DNA of 63,214 bases, counting the filler, from Nemertoderma westbladi (taxonomy: Eukaryota > Animalia > Xenacoelomorpha): the NCBI GenBank assembly GCA_032718475.1. It is 3 parts of 3 records of this genome, joined end to end, with 100 filler letters (N's around TTAATTAATTAA, not from the genome) between each part and the next. Parts side by side here need not be neighbours in the genome. Positions count along the whole stretch, not along the records: positions 23,262 to 50,373 come from JAUCBJ010002955.1; 2 more parts are not named here. One strand, written 5' to 3'. Positions 36,599-47,061 of the stretch are shown piece by piece. The notes beneath the pieces are model-generated. The model had not been told where the DNA came from, made no database searches, and worked only from the letters and a program-made list of their open reading frames with translations. Both the position numbers and the translations under genes were made by a program. Each line of letters begins with the position of its first letter. Within the stretch, counting starts at the first letter, position 1.

Positions 36599-37384
36599 AC
36601 GATCCTCGTACAGTACCAATAGTCTGTAACTAAGAGTCTGTTTATTTTGGTAGAATATTGGATTATTTTGTGAGAATAATACTGTATGTATTTATTACAT
36701 GTATTTATTATTATTTATTTTAATACTGTATGGAAAATATGCATTTATTTTGGGGGAATATGTATATTTATTTTGGGGGATTATGTATTTATTTTGTGCC
36801 AAAATGTATTTAATTTGGGAAAATTTGTATTTATTTTGGGGGTTTTATCATTTTTTTTGGTGTGAATAATTGGTTTTATTCTTAAATTATTACTTTTTCG
36901 CTCGAATATTCCAAAAAGGGCCAATTTAAGAATAAAATTACGTATTACATGGGGAAAAAAACGTAGAAGATTTTTTTTCAATATTCTCTCGACCCTTTAG
37001 CTCGGTAAATAAAATGCCTCGAGAATAATAAAAAAAAGTTCCACTTTTTTTCCCATGTAATAAATAATTATTGGTGTTGAATAATTGTTATTGGTGTTGA
37101 AAAATCTATTTTGGTGTTTGAATAATTTTATTTGAGGTGACTTTATTTTATTTGGTATTGAATTATTTTTTTGGGGTCACATTATTTAAATAGGTGTAAT
37201 ATAATTTTTTGTGAAATTTTCATCAATCAATATATCAAATCAATTTAATTGGTTGCCATTACAATCTTGCTTGAATGTTAAATTATCAATATACGGAAAG
37301 GAGCAGGTTACAGTGGCACCCAACTTTTCTAAAGGTACCGGTACGCAAAATTATAACTCATCAAATAAAATTTCAACCAAATGC

Positions 37385-37930
37385 CAATGATAACTCCACC
37401 TACTGGCTCCAGAAGTCTAGGAAATCCTGCCAAGTACCAAACTGATCTAGACTTTGCTGATGACTTAGGAGTACTCTCAGAATCACTAGAGGGAGCCCAA
37501 CGGCTCCTCAGCTCATTAGAACATGCTGCTTCTGTGTTGGTCTTTTTATTAACTCCAAAAAGACCAACATTTTGGCAGTTAACTTTGAAAGTCGTCAGCA
37601 AGTCTCTGATCGGATGAGCATAAGTTCAAAACATGGTATGCTTGAGCATGTGGATGACTTCTGTTACCTGGGATCATGGATCCGGAAGTCAGGTGAGGAC
37701 CTTCGAATACGCAAGGGAAATGCATGGGCAGCCTTGAATAGGCTTTGTAGGATTGGGAAGTCACCGATAATTAATCGGAAACTTAAGGTCCGATTATTTA
37801 GAGCAGCAGTAGTTCCAGTACTCCTCTATGGGAGTCCATGCTGGGCTCTAACTGCCGAGGACACCACATCTCTGGATGGCACATTCACAAGAATGCTACG
37901 CCGGGTTTATTGTGTCAAGTACAATGCACA
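37385..37930 (+). mobile_element. RTE LINE internal fragment, frameshifted RT
   Basis: LDFADDLGVLSESLEGAQRLL...VDDFCYLGSWI...LLYGSPCWALT; highly similar to 54823-55923. Confidence 0.9.
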
Positions 37931-40283
37931 GACCAGACACTATATAACATTGGACAGAAGGACAAAAGCCTTGAAGCTTAATTGCTTCTAGTTGTGGTAT
38001 CCGAGTAAAAGGGAAAATTTATGGTGGTTAAAGCTGGATTGGACGGCCAGTTTGGTAATCTTTTTTTTCCCCGAATTTTGCAAACTTACAAACTTGATTT
38101 GATGTTTGTTGGTAAACCAGAAGGTAATTCGATTTCTTCCTCTAGTTTGTAAAGAGCCGTTCAGGTCCACCATAGAAATTAAGTACCGCTATTTCATAAA
38201 AACAAAGTCCCTTCGTTTATAGCAGAAAATTATCCAGCATATTTTTTAAACTATGAATTCTTAATTAAATTAATAAATTTTATTAAAATGGACAATATTA
38301 CTTGAACGAAAATAAATTTTTTTAAATTACTGGAGATTTTTTCATGGGCTCAATGCCAACTATTAAACGGTATCCCGGATAATTTAAGCCATTGATTGGT
38401 TAATTAATATCTCGAGGTCGTAATTAGTAAGTAGGGGCCCGAGATTGAAAACTTCATCATAAGTTAGTGAATCGGTACTGTGGAGTTACGATAAAGTAAT
38501 AATTGTAACCCGTTCCTCTCAATAGGTAGCCTTCAATAGACTATCATTAACATTTGCCGTTTTATTAATCAGCCAATCAAATCCTTTCTACATAAATTAT
38601 AATTGCGATACAGTGATTGAATGAGTAATAGGCCCTATTGTTTTCTTACTTATTAATTACTATGCAAGTTGGTGATAAGTATCTCCATTCCAGATGGTAG
38701 AATAGATAGACATCTTACCAGAATTTCTTGAGGTTCTCCGTGCGTATGCCGCTATCACTGTAGAAACAAACGGATATTCGATTTAGAGTTGGCCTATAGT
38801 AATTGTTTCTGTGCCGTGTCCGTGTGTTTGATTTTCCCATAATACAATCTGTGGTTCTGTGCGATATATTAGATACTGCTGTCTGTAGTACTTAGATTTT
38901 GGGGAGAGCCAAGGAGTAGGTGGGTCTTTGGGTATCGGAATTTTAGTGGTCAGTCTGTCATCGTCTTTTGAAAATGTTTGAACGCTAATAAGTCAGTCAA
39001 TTATTGACGAAATGGAACCAAAACTTGGTACACAAGTAGTCTATCGAAAGAAAGTGAGAAATATCAAAATCAAAAGAGAGAAATTCTACACACAGACTGA
39101 CTTACATCGTTCTTCTTCGACCGCTAGGGGGTGACAAAGGTTTTAAATAGACCACGAAGTCCCTGTGTATACGTGTTTCTAATGGCGCAGTGAGGCAGAT
39201 TTACGCAATGACTAAACTACCTGTTGACGGCTATTTCTTCAGGCAACATCTAATTCCATCAACATTGTGTCAATTGGCGGCAGTAAATTGAGTGACGTAC
39301 CTTTCAGACCTGTCCCAGTGTTCATAGTCGAAATTTTTTCCATTCAGACTCAATTACTCCTCCACTTGCTGGTGGATCTCAAACGGAGGCATCAAACTTC
39401 GCCCGCGTGAAAGCTTCGCCCGGAGCAATCTCCGCCCCAAAATGAGTGTTAACAACCTCGTTAATTGTTTTGGTTAGAAAAATTCGTCTCCGTAACCTAT
39501 CGTGTCTGTAACCTGCTCCTTTCCCCCGATCGGGCGAAGGTTGGACGCGGGCGAAGATTGCACCCAACCGTCTCAAATAGTGTAAAGCAGAATGGCTTGT
39601 GGTAGAACCAAGTGTAGCCTTGGGTACAAAACGCCGGGCAAAGCGTGCATGTTCACTGGGTATAAAATAACTGCCTTTAGGGCCCCGCTGTGGTACACTA
39701 CTGTTGTTTGTATAGTATACAGCATTATGTACCTAGTTCTTAGGCGTATAGTTATATTAAATGTTGTTTACCATTACCACAATCCACCAATAGGCGTCCT
39801 CCTAATATGGTCTCATTCATTTCTCTACACCGAATGTATAGATTGCTAGTAGGCAAGGCATTCACTCAGCAAAGCCTTTCTTTGCCGCACATCTGGTCGG
39901 GATCTCACTGCTTCAACATTATATTACATACTTTCCGTCTGTTTCAATCAATCCCTGGCTTTTTCTACCCCTTGCCAACCATCATGCCAGTATTAATATA
40001 GTTGGGCCTGTCACATTATATCAACTGCACCACTTATTACTTACTATTAGCATAACCAATTTATTATACCTCTCACATGTTATTTTATTGGCGTTGTATA
40101 TTTTATGTACATTTTTATACATAATTAATTAATTCTGTAGGCATATTTTGCCGTCTGCAAATGTAAAATAATGTACAGTACTTTATTCATGCAGCAATTT
40201 CATTCATATTATTGTATGAATATTTGATGTTTTCTGAATTTTGACGAATTTAGGCTCGGATTGTAATGTTATCCAACTGAGTG

Positions 40284-42656
40284 ATGTTAAATGAAGTTGG
40301 ATTGTCTGACAATAAACCCCCAGCTACAGACTGTGGATTGATTTGGTTGACCCCTGATACTGCTGCCGCGGGGTTAGTGACTCCCAGACAGAGACCACAC
40401 CGGCGCCCTCATTGGACAACTTCACGCAGTTTATCCCCGAAGTCAATCGACAGAGACCGTTGGGAAACCGAGGGTCTCAGCTTAACAGCGGTTCATAGGA
40501 AGTCCGCTAAAGGGCGTAACGCACATTACGATTTAGAGGGAGATCGCCAGTTGGACGCAATAAAGGCTGCTTATAAATACACCAATCACAGTCCGACTAA
40601 TAAAGAGTCTCAGAAATCAGACAATATTATGAAAACTAATCGTCATTCTTGGCCTAGAAACTCCCCGCAAGTGATGCGGAGCCATCTAGAGGCTATTAGG
40701 CGAACTTCACCAAATTTACAGCGCCATCCAACGGGTGTTAGAAGAAACTCTATTGCAGGTGACACTCCTGTTTCATCCATCCATACAACTACTAACATCG
40801 TTAGCTCTGACATCCAACGCCATCAAGCGAATTATGTAGGAACTCACTCATACGGGTTCAACTCTAAACGTTCTACTCGACTCTCTGGAAATCGCCATCC
40901 GCATTGCCGATCTAAGTCACTAGATGGCGACAATAGGCCTTCGTCTTCATTCTGCTTTGATAAGCGCAGGCAATCCACTGGCATTACTCACCATTCTAAA
41001 ATACCTGTCCGCAAGGGGGCGTCTTCGAAGTCTGGCGTTGTTGCCAGCCATATTGAACCGAGGCCATCTGACTGGTCAGATTCAGTAACAACCAGTCAGT
41101 GCGGTAAGGCACGGGTGACCTGGGCGCAACCCTGTGCCACGGTTCAATGCTATCAGATGAGTAGTTCTAGCAGCGAGACAGTCTGCAGTGGTTCCGTGGA
41201 TTCTGGAGACAGTGGCTTAGTGGTCTGTGAGTCCGAGAGCGATGCGGCAGTAGACAGGATACAACCAACCCGAGTAGAATCACAGACTGAATCCACCGGT
41301 CTGCAACCTGTCTACGAGAATATCTCGCTTGACTCTTTGGATCTTGACTTCAATGTTGTTGAGAGACTTATTGAGACGACCTTAATTGGAGACGAAGAAG
41401 TAGATTGTGAGAGTCTTTCGAAGATTTGTGCTATTAAAGAAATCTTAGATAGTATGGATGTATTAGAGGATAAACTGATTGTGGAAAAAGTTGTTGATAC
41501 AGATAGCCTTATAGATAAGAGGGTGATGGAGGACAATTTCGTTCTTGCTGATAAACTTCTAGAAAGCAGAGAGCTCGTGGACAACGTGGTTAATACTGAA
41601 CAAATTCAAAATACAAGCGAGCTTGTGGAACAAGTGGATCTGGAGATGGGAAGGCTGAGTGACAATGCGGCTGAGCTGGAAAAACTTCAAGATGTTACAG
41701 ATGTTCGAAATAATACGGTTGACCATGATAAGCCTACGGACGTGATAGATATTGTTGATAATAGAGTGGATATCACTGAAAAACTTCTAAAGAATGGAGA
41801 AGTTAGTGTTAATGTTATCAATACTGAGAAACTTCTAGAGACCTATGAGATTGGGGACAAAGTTGTTAATGCTGATCCACTTGGAGATATTGGTGTGATT
41901 ATTGAGGACAAGAAGGTTAATACCGGGATACACGAATATAACAGTGCGATGGGAAACAATTCTATAAATTTTATAGAGAATGGACAAAGTATTATCAACA
42001 GGGACAGTGTAGGCACAGTTAGCGATATAGAGATGGTGGCTGAAACTATTGATATAATTAATGGGATATGCGATGCCGACTCAACTAATACCGAAAATAG
42101 TTTGGAGAATTCTGAAAACAATGTCGCTATCTCAGATAGCTTTACCCTTAATTCCTGTGATGACGCTTTGTCTAACCCAAACCTCACTGAGGATAGCGAC
42201 ACTTACGTAGGGGACAGTAATGCTGATAACCCAGCAAGTAACTTAAGCGACACTGTTTTTACTACAACAGTTGAAGCTGTTTGCCAGTCTGAAAAGGTTT
42301 TCGGTAAATCTTGTAAAGCTATCGTTGGTTCTGATAAGGGTTCCTGTAAGCCCGGTAACTGTGTCTGTAACACGGACAAGGAGCGAGGCTGGGAAGAGGC
42401 CCGTCGCGCTCTGCATAAGATCTCCCTCCGGGAACTCCGACTTGTTCGGATCAAGTCGGAAGCTGCGATCGAAGCGATATCTTCCGAACTCATCGAGTTG
42501 CTCACCTTCCGGGACCAGCTGCATTCCGAGATAGGCAGTCGGTACGCGCTCATAGACCAGATAATGCGACTCAATCTCGGTGAGTGCGGTTCGTTTAGGA
42601 TGCTCGAGTCTAGGGGTCTCAGTATGAGTGTCGTCTACAACCGAGAAGATTCTTGA
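40284..42656 (+). CDS. Uncharacterised 790-aa protein: basic Ser-rich N-terminus, acidic middle, SCHIP1/FEZ-like C-terminal coiled coil
   Basis: A 2.37-kb non-repetitive ORF in AT-rich DNA, with AATAAA just after the stop. The tail LRELRLVRIKSEAAIEAISSELIELLTFRDQLHSE resembles SCHIP1 ([21 protein letters not shown]). A possible acceptor at about 40253 suggests an upstream exon. Confidence 0.7.
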   Translation: MLNEVGLSDNKPPATDCGLIWLTPDTAAAGLVTPRQRPHRRPHWTTSRSLSPKSIDRDRWETEGLSLTAVHRKSAKGRNAHYDLEGDRQLDAIKAAYKYTNHSPTNKESQKSDNIMKTNRHSWPRNSPQVMRSHLEAIRRTSPNLQRHPTGVRRNSIAGDTPVSSIHTTTNIVSSDIQRHQANYVGTHSYGFNSKRSTRLSGNRHPHCRSKSLDGDNRPSSSFCFDKRRQSTGITHHSKIPVRKGASSKSGVVASHIEPRPSDWSDSVTTSQCGKARVTWAQPCATVQCYQMSSSSSETVCSGSVDSGDSGLVVCESESDAAVDRIQPTRVESQTESTGLQPVYENISLDSLDLDFNVVERLIETTLIGDEEVDCESLSKICAIKEILDSMDVLEDKLIVEKVVDTDSLIDKRVMEDNFVLADKLLESRELVDNVVNTEQIQNTSELVEQVDLEMGRLSDNAAELEKLQDVTDVRNNTVDHDKPTDVIDIVDNRVDITEKLLKNGEVSVNVINTEKLLETYEIGDKVVNADPLGDIGVIIEDKKVNTGIHEYNSAMGNNSINFIENGQSIINRDSVGTVSDIEMVAETIDIINGICDADSTNTENSLENSENNVAISDSFTLNSCDDALSNPNLTEDSDTYVGDSNADNPASNLSDTVFTTTVEAVCQSEKVFGKSCKAIVGSDKGSCKPGNCVCNTDKERGWEEARRALHKISLRELRLVRIKSEAAIEAISSELIELLTFRDQLHSEIGSRYALIDQIMRLNLGECGSFRMLESRGLSMSVVYNREDS

Positions 42657-43197
42657 GCATCAAGGAATAAAGCTGGTGTGATAATAAGAGATATAATAAT
42701 AATGGAGATAGACTAAATAATAATTCATGCCGTAACTGTAAATAGCATACACCCCACCCCATACCGCTTTTCCTAAACTGGAATATCACTTCAAAGTTGC
42801 CACTAAGTTAGCACACGGGGCAACTTTTTCCAATAAGTTAGCTCACGGGTCAACTTTTTCCAATTCGTTTAGCTCACGGGGTAACTTTTTCAAATAAGTT
42901 GACTTGACAAAAATTGTATCGCATGATGGGTGAGCGTTAGTCGTAGCGCTAAATCTGATAATTTTATCATCACAAGAAATATGTTATCCTGCAGAAAGTA
43001 ATTGTACCATTTTTACCAATTAAAGTCAAATTTTCACAAAATTTAATTTATTTGCTCAAAAATTATTGTTGCATTATTAGTTTAAGATAAAGGGAGTCGG
43101 GAACGGGACTATTAATACCACGCAATTCCAATATCGGTAAATTACAGCAATATCTAGTCTCTACGGAGCCCGGGAGGGGACATGAAAAAATATTTTT

Positions 43198-44560
43198 CTA
43201 ACACGAGCCCTCATGTTACTAACATGAACCCTCATGTTACTAACATGAGCCCTTATGTTACGAACATGAGCCCTTATGTTACTAACATGAGCCCTTATGT
43301 TACTAACATGAGCCCTTATGTTACTAACATGAGCCCTCATGTTACTATGTTACTAACATGTGCCCTCATGATAGCTAACACGAGCCCTCATGATAGCTAA
43401 CACGAGCCCTCATGATAGCTAACACGAGCCCTCATGATAGCTAAGACGAGCCCTCATGATAGCTAATACGAGCCCTCATGATAGCTAACACGAGCCCTCA
43501 TGATAGCTGACACGAGCCCTCATGATAGCTAACACGAGCCCTCATGATAGCTAATACGAGCCCTCATGATAGCTAAGACGAGCCCTCATGATAGCTAATA
43601 CGAGCCCTCATGATAGCTAACACGAGCCCTCATGATAGCTGACACGAGCCCTCATGATAGCTAACACGAGCCCTCATGATAGCTAACACGAACCCTCACG
43701 ATAGCTAACACGAGCCCTCATGATATCTAACACGAGCCCTCATGATAGCTAACACGAGCCCTCATGATAGCTAACACGGACCCTCATGATAGCTAATACG
43801 AGCCCTCTTGATATCTAACACGAGCCCTCATGATAGCTAACACGAGCCCTCATGATAGCTAACACGAGCCCTCATGATAGCTAATACGAGCCCTCATGAT
43901 AGCTAACACGAGCCCTCATGATATCTAACACGAGCCCTCATGATAGCTAACACGAGCCCTCATGATAGCTAACACGGACCCTCATGATAGCTAACACGAG
44001 CCCTCATGATAGCTAACACGAGCCCTCATGATAGCTAATACGAGCCCTCATGATAGCTAACACGAGCCCTCCTGATAGCTAACACGAGCCCTCATGATAG
44101 CTAACACGAGCCCTCATGATAGCTAACACGAACCCTCATGATAGCTAACACGAGCCCTCATGATAGCTAACACGAGCCCTCATCATAGCTAACACGAGCC
44201 CTCATCATAGCTAACACGAGCCCTCCTGAAAGCTAACACGAGCCCTCATGATAACTAATACGAGCCCTCATGATAGTTAACACGAGCCCCCATGATATCT
44301 AACACGAGCCCTCATGATAACTAACACGAGCCCTCATGATAGCTAACACGAACCCTCATGATAGCTAACACGAGCCCTCATGATAGCTAACACGAGCCCT
44401 CATGATATCTAACACGAGCCCTCATGATAGCTAACACGAACCCTCATGATAGCTAACACGAGCCCTCATGATAGCTAACACGGCCCTCATGATAGCTAAC
44501 ACGAGCCCTCATGATAGCTAACACGAGCCCTCATGATAGCTAACACGAGCCATCATGCTC
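43198..44560. repeat. 21/22-bp satellite, about 62 units
   Basis: 21-bp CATGTTACTAACATGAGCCCT units to about 43350, then 22-bp CATGATAGCTAACACGAGCCCT units. Confidence 0.97.
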
Positions 44561-45005
44561 ATGATAGCTCTAACACGACCATTACAAATTTGGTGTTGTT
44601 TGATTGGTTGTAACGTAGGAGAACTAAATTGGAGGGAAATTAAAATTGTATCTCAGGGGAGGGATTATCTCCAGGACTTCGTTGGTATGTAAATTATTAT
44701 TATTCCAAAATTGTGACATTACCGTACTCAACGCCGTTAGTATTAATTAACAGTGAGTTGTTATTTAGCACTTACAACTTTAGAGGACATTACAGTATTG
44801 TATTGGCCTGCACATTTAGTATTGTATTGGTGTATTACTATTTATGTTAATGTCCCAACGGCGCAACGGCGTGACCGTAAAGTCACGCCGTCATGGTTAC
44901 CACATAAACAATAGGTGGTATTTATTATTAATTGCCTGACAGCCATATAGGCCTTCTGCATTACCTACCGGTAGCTATTAATAACCAGTAGCTATAGACT
45001 ATTAA

Positions 45006-45558
45006 GGCGAGCATCACCCCAGCGACCATTCCCTACTACTTTTATATTTTTCACTCAATTTTTATTGTTCAGAATGTTCAGCATCTATAGGGCTACACTC
45101 GTAAGTATTGGTTTTTTAAAACATGTCCATTTGGATGTTCTATGATCCATTATGTAACTGCTTCTCTTTGTCTACCTCAAAATATATGATGCCCGAAATA
45201 TAGCCCGAACATACTAAAACCACCATAAATATTTCAAAAACAATAATTTTGTGCTGAAATTTTCATAAAAGATAGCCTACATATCTAGGTTCATTGTGCC
45301 CAACTATTGAACCGAGAACTGCAACCCAGTTTGTACTACAGATCCTTCTACATGAGATATTTTTCATAAAACAGCCTCATAATCTTTACAAGTTTTGAAA
45401 AAACACTCTTGAACTAAAAGTGCCCTATTTTTCGAACAAAATGGTTTTGAGAAGGTATCATACTCAGTTTTCTCAGTTAAAGATCACAGATAATTGTATT
45501 AAAATTTCAGAACTGTACCTATAAAAATAAAAAAAATAGATTTGGGGTGATACTCCCC
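45006..45558. mobile_element. Kolobok-like MITE
   Basis: TTAA TSDs (45002-45005, 45559-45562); TIRs GGCGAGCATCACCCCA / TGGGGTGATACTCCCC. Confidence 0.75.
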
Positions 45559-46156
45559 TTAACATGGCTCCAAACGCCACCATGATTGATTGATGTGAGC
45601 CTGTAAGGGCTCTTATATTTTGTTCCAGAATGACCGCACACAATTTACAGACAATATTTAAATAAACAGTAGTTCACAAAACAAATTAAAATATAATTCA
45701 CCTTGAGAGCATTTCAAATTTGTTTGTATGTTCTGCAATTTTTTTGTTAATAAAACCATAAATATAAGCTAACTTTTTTATAACATAATTTGTCATTTTT
45801 ACATTTATTTATACAGCAACTAATTTAATTTGTGCAGCTTCTATCACTTATAATTATATGAGTGGGGGGAGAAAGGACCTAAGTTCGGAGGGACTGGGGA
45901 CTGAGAGGCTGAGACGACCGGATAACTGCCAGACTGCAGACTGTGGGGATTAAGGGTGGCAGGGAAGTGTACCGGTACGCAGTAGCTGAGTAGTGCAGTA
46001 GAGTAGTCCTGTAGTCAGCAAGTTAGTCAGAACGTGTGGTGGGTTATTGCACTATAATTATATTAGCCTATATTGATATATACTTATTCATATTAACTAA
46101 CTGAACGTTATACCTATCTTATAAGCTAACCGGGCATCAACAAATATAGAACTAAA

Positions 46157-47026
46157 ATGGCACCAAAATTATCGGACTATGTAAAGAAATACGACGGCAG
46201 TACAGATCCTTATGTGTGGTTCCAAATATTCGAAGACACCTACGATATTCTAAAAACTGAGGCTAAACTGACAGAAGCGTCAAGGGTGACGTATGTCCGC
46301 CTGTCGTTTGAGGGACCGGCGTTCGCAGTGGTGAATCAACTTCCCGATGATAGAAAAGCAAACTATGATGATGTAAAAAAAGTTATAATTAAGGCATTTG
46401 CCATTAATCCGTATGCAGCCTATGATCAGTTTAAACGCCGTCAACTGCGGGTGGGTGAACCAGTAGATACGTTTCTTGCAGACTTAAGACGACTGTTATC
46501 GCTAATTACAGAGGATGTGGAGAGTGACTGCGCTGAAGCGATGCTGGCCTCTCAGTTTATGAGTGGGCTACCGGATGATATTCAGGGAGAGACGAAAGCA
46601 TTAACGGTTAAAGAATTGGATCTGGATCAGCTACTAGTTCAAGCGCGGCGATTGCTATCTGATCAGAGCAGCAAGTTAGAGAATGTTGGTGTGGGAGCAG
46701 CGGGAGCTTGGGGTTATCGACGGGGAGGAGGCCGTGGTATGGGGAGGGGAGCAAATACCGGTATGGGGAATGGGATTCCGATCGGATTTAGTGGGCGGAA
46801 CAGGGGATGCTTCCGATGTGGTGCATTGGACCACATAGCAAGAAATTGTATGGTACCAGCACAAGGTCTCCAAGGACGGGGAGACGGGAATAATGTGACT
46901 ACGTATACGCAAAGCAAACAAGCTGGGAGTGGGAGTGGGAACAGAATGACTGGGTGCTACAGATGCGGGGGTACCGATCACTTGGTAAGGGGATGCGTAG
47001 CAACCTTGGGATCGGGAAACGAGTGA
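46157..47026 (+). CDS. gag: Gag with two CCHC zinc knuckles
   Basis: KYDGSTD N-terminus, RQLRVGEPVDTFLADLRRL motif, and knuckles CFRCGALDHIARNC and CYRCGGTDHLVRGC. Confidence 0.92.
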   Translation: MAPKLSDYVKKYDGSTDPYVWFQIFEDTYDILKTEAKLTEASRVTYVRLSFEGPAFAVVNQLPDDRKANYDDVKKVIIKAFAINPYAAYDQFKRRQLRVGEPVDTFLADLRRLLSLITEDVESDCAEAMLASQFMSGLPDDIQGETKALTVKELDLDQLLVQARRLLSDQSSKLENVGVGAAGAWGYRRGGGRGMGRGANTGMGNGIPIGFSGRNRGCFRCGALDHIARNCMVPAQGLQGRGDGNNVTTYTQSKQAGSGSGNRMTGCYRCGGTDHLVRGCVATLGSGNE

Positions 47027-47061
47027 GGGGAAGCGCTATATGCGCCAGTGGGCGTTTCCCC
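47014..47061 (+). promoter_or_regulatory. Programmed -1 ribosomal frameshift signal
   Basis: G_GGA_AAC in the gag frame (47014-47020), a 6-nt spacer, then a 10-bp stem GGGGAAGCGC (47027-47036) / GCGTTTCCCC (47052-47061). Confidence 0.85.
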
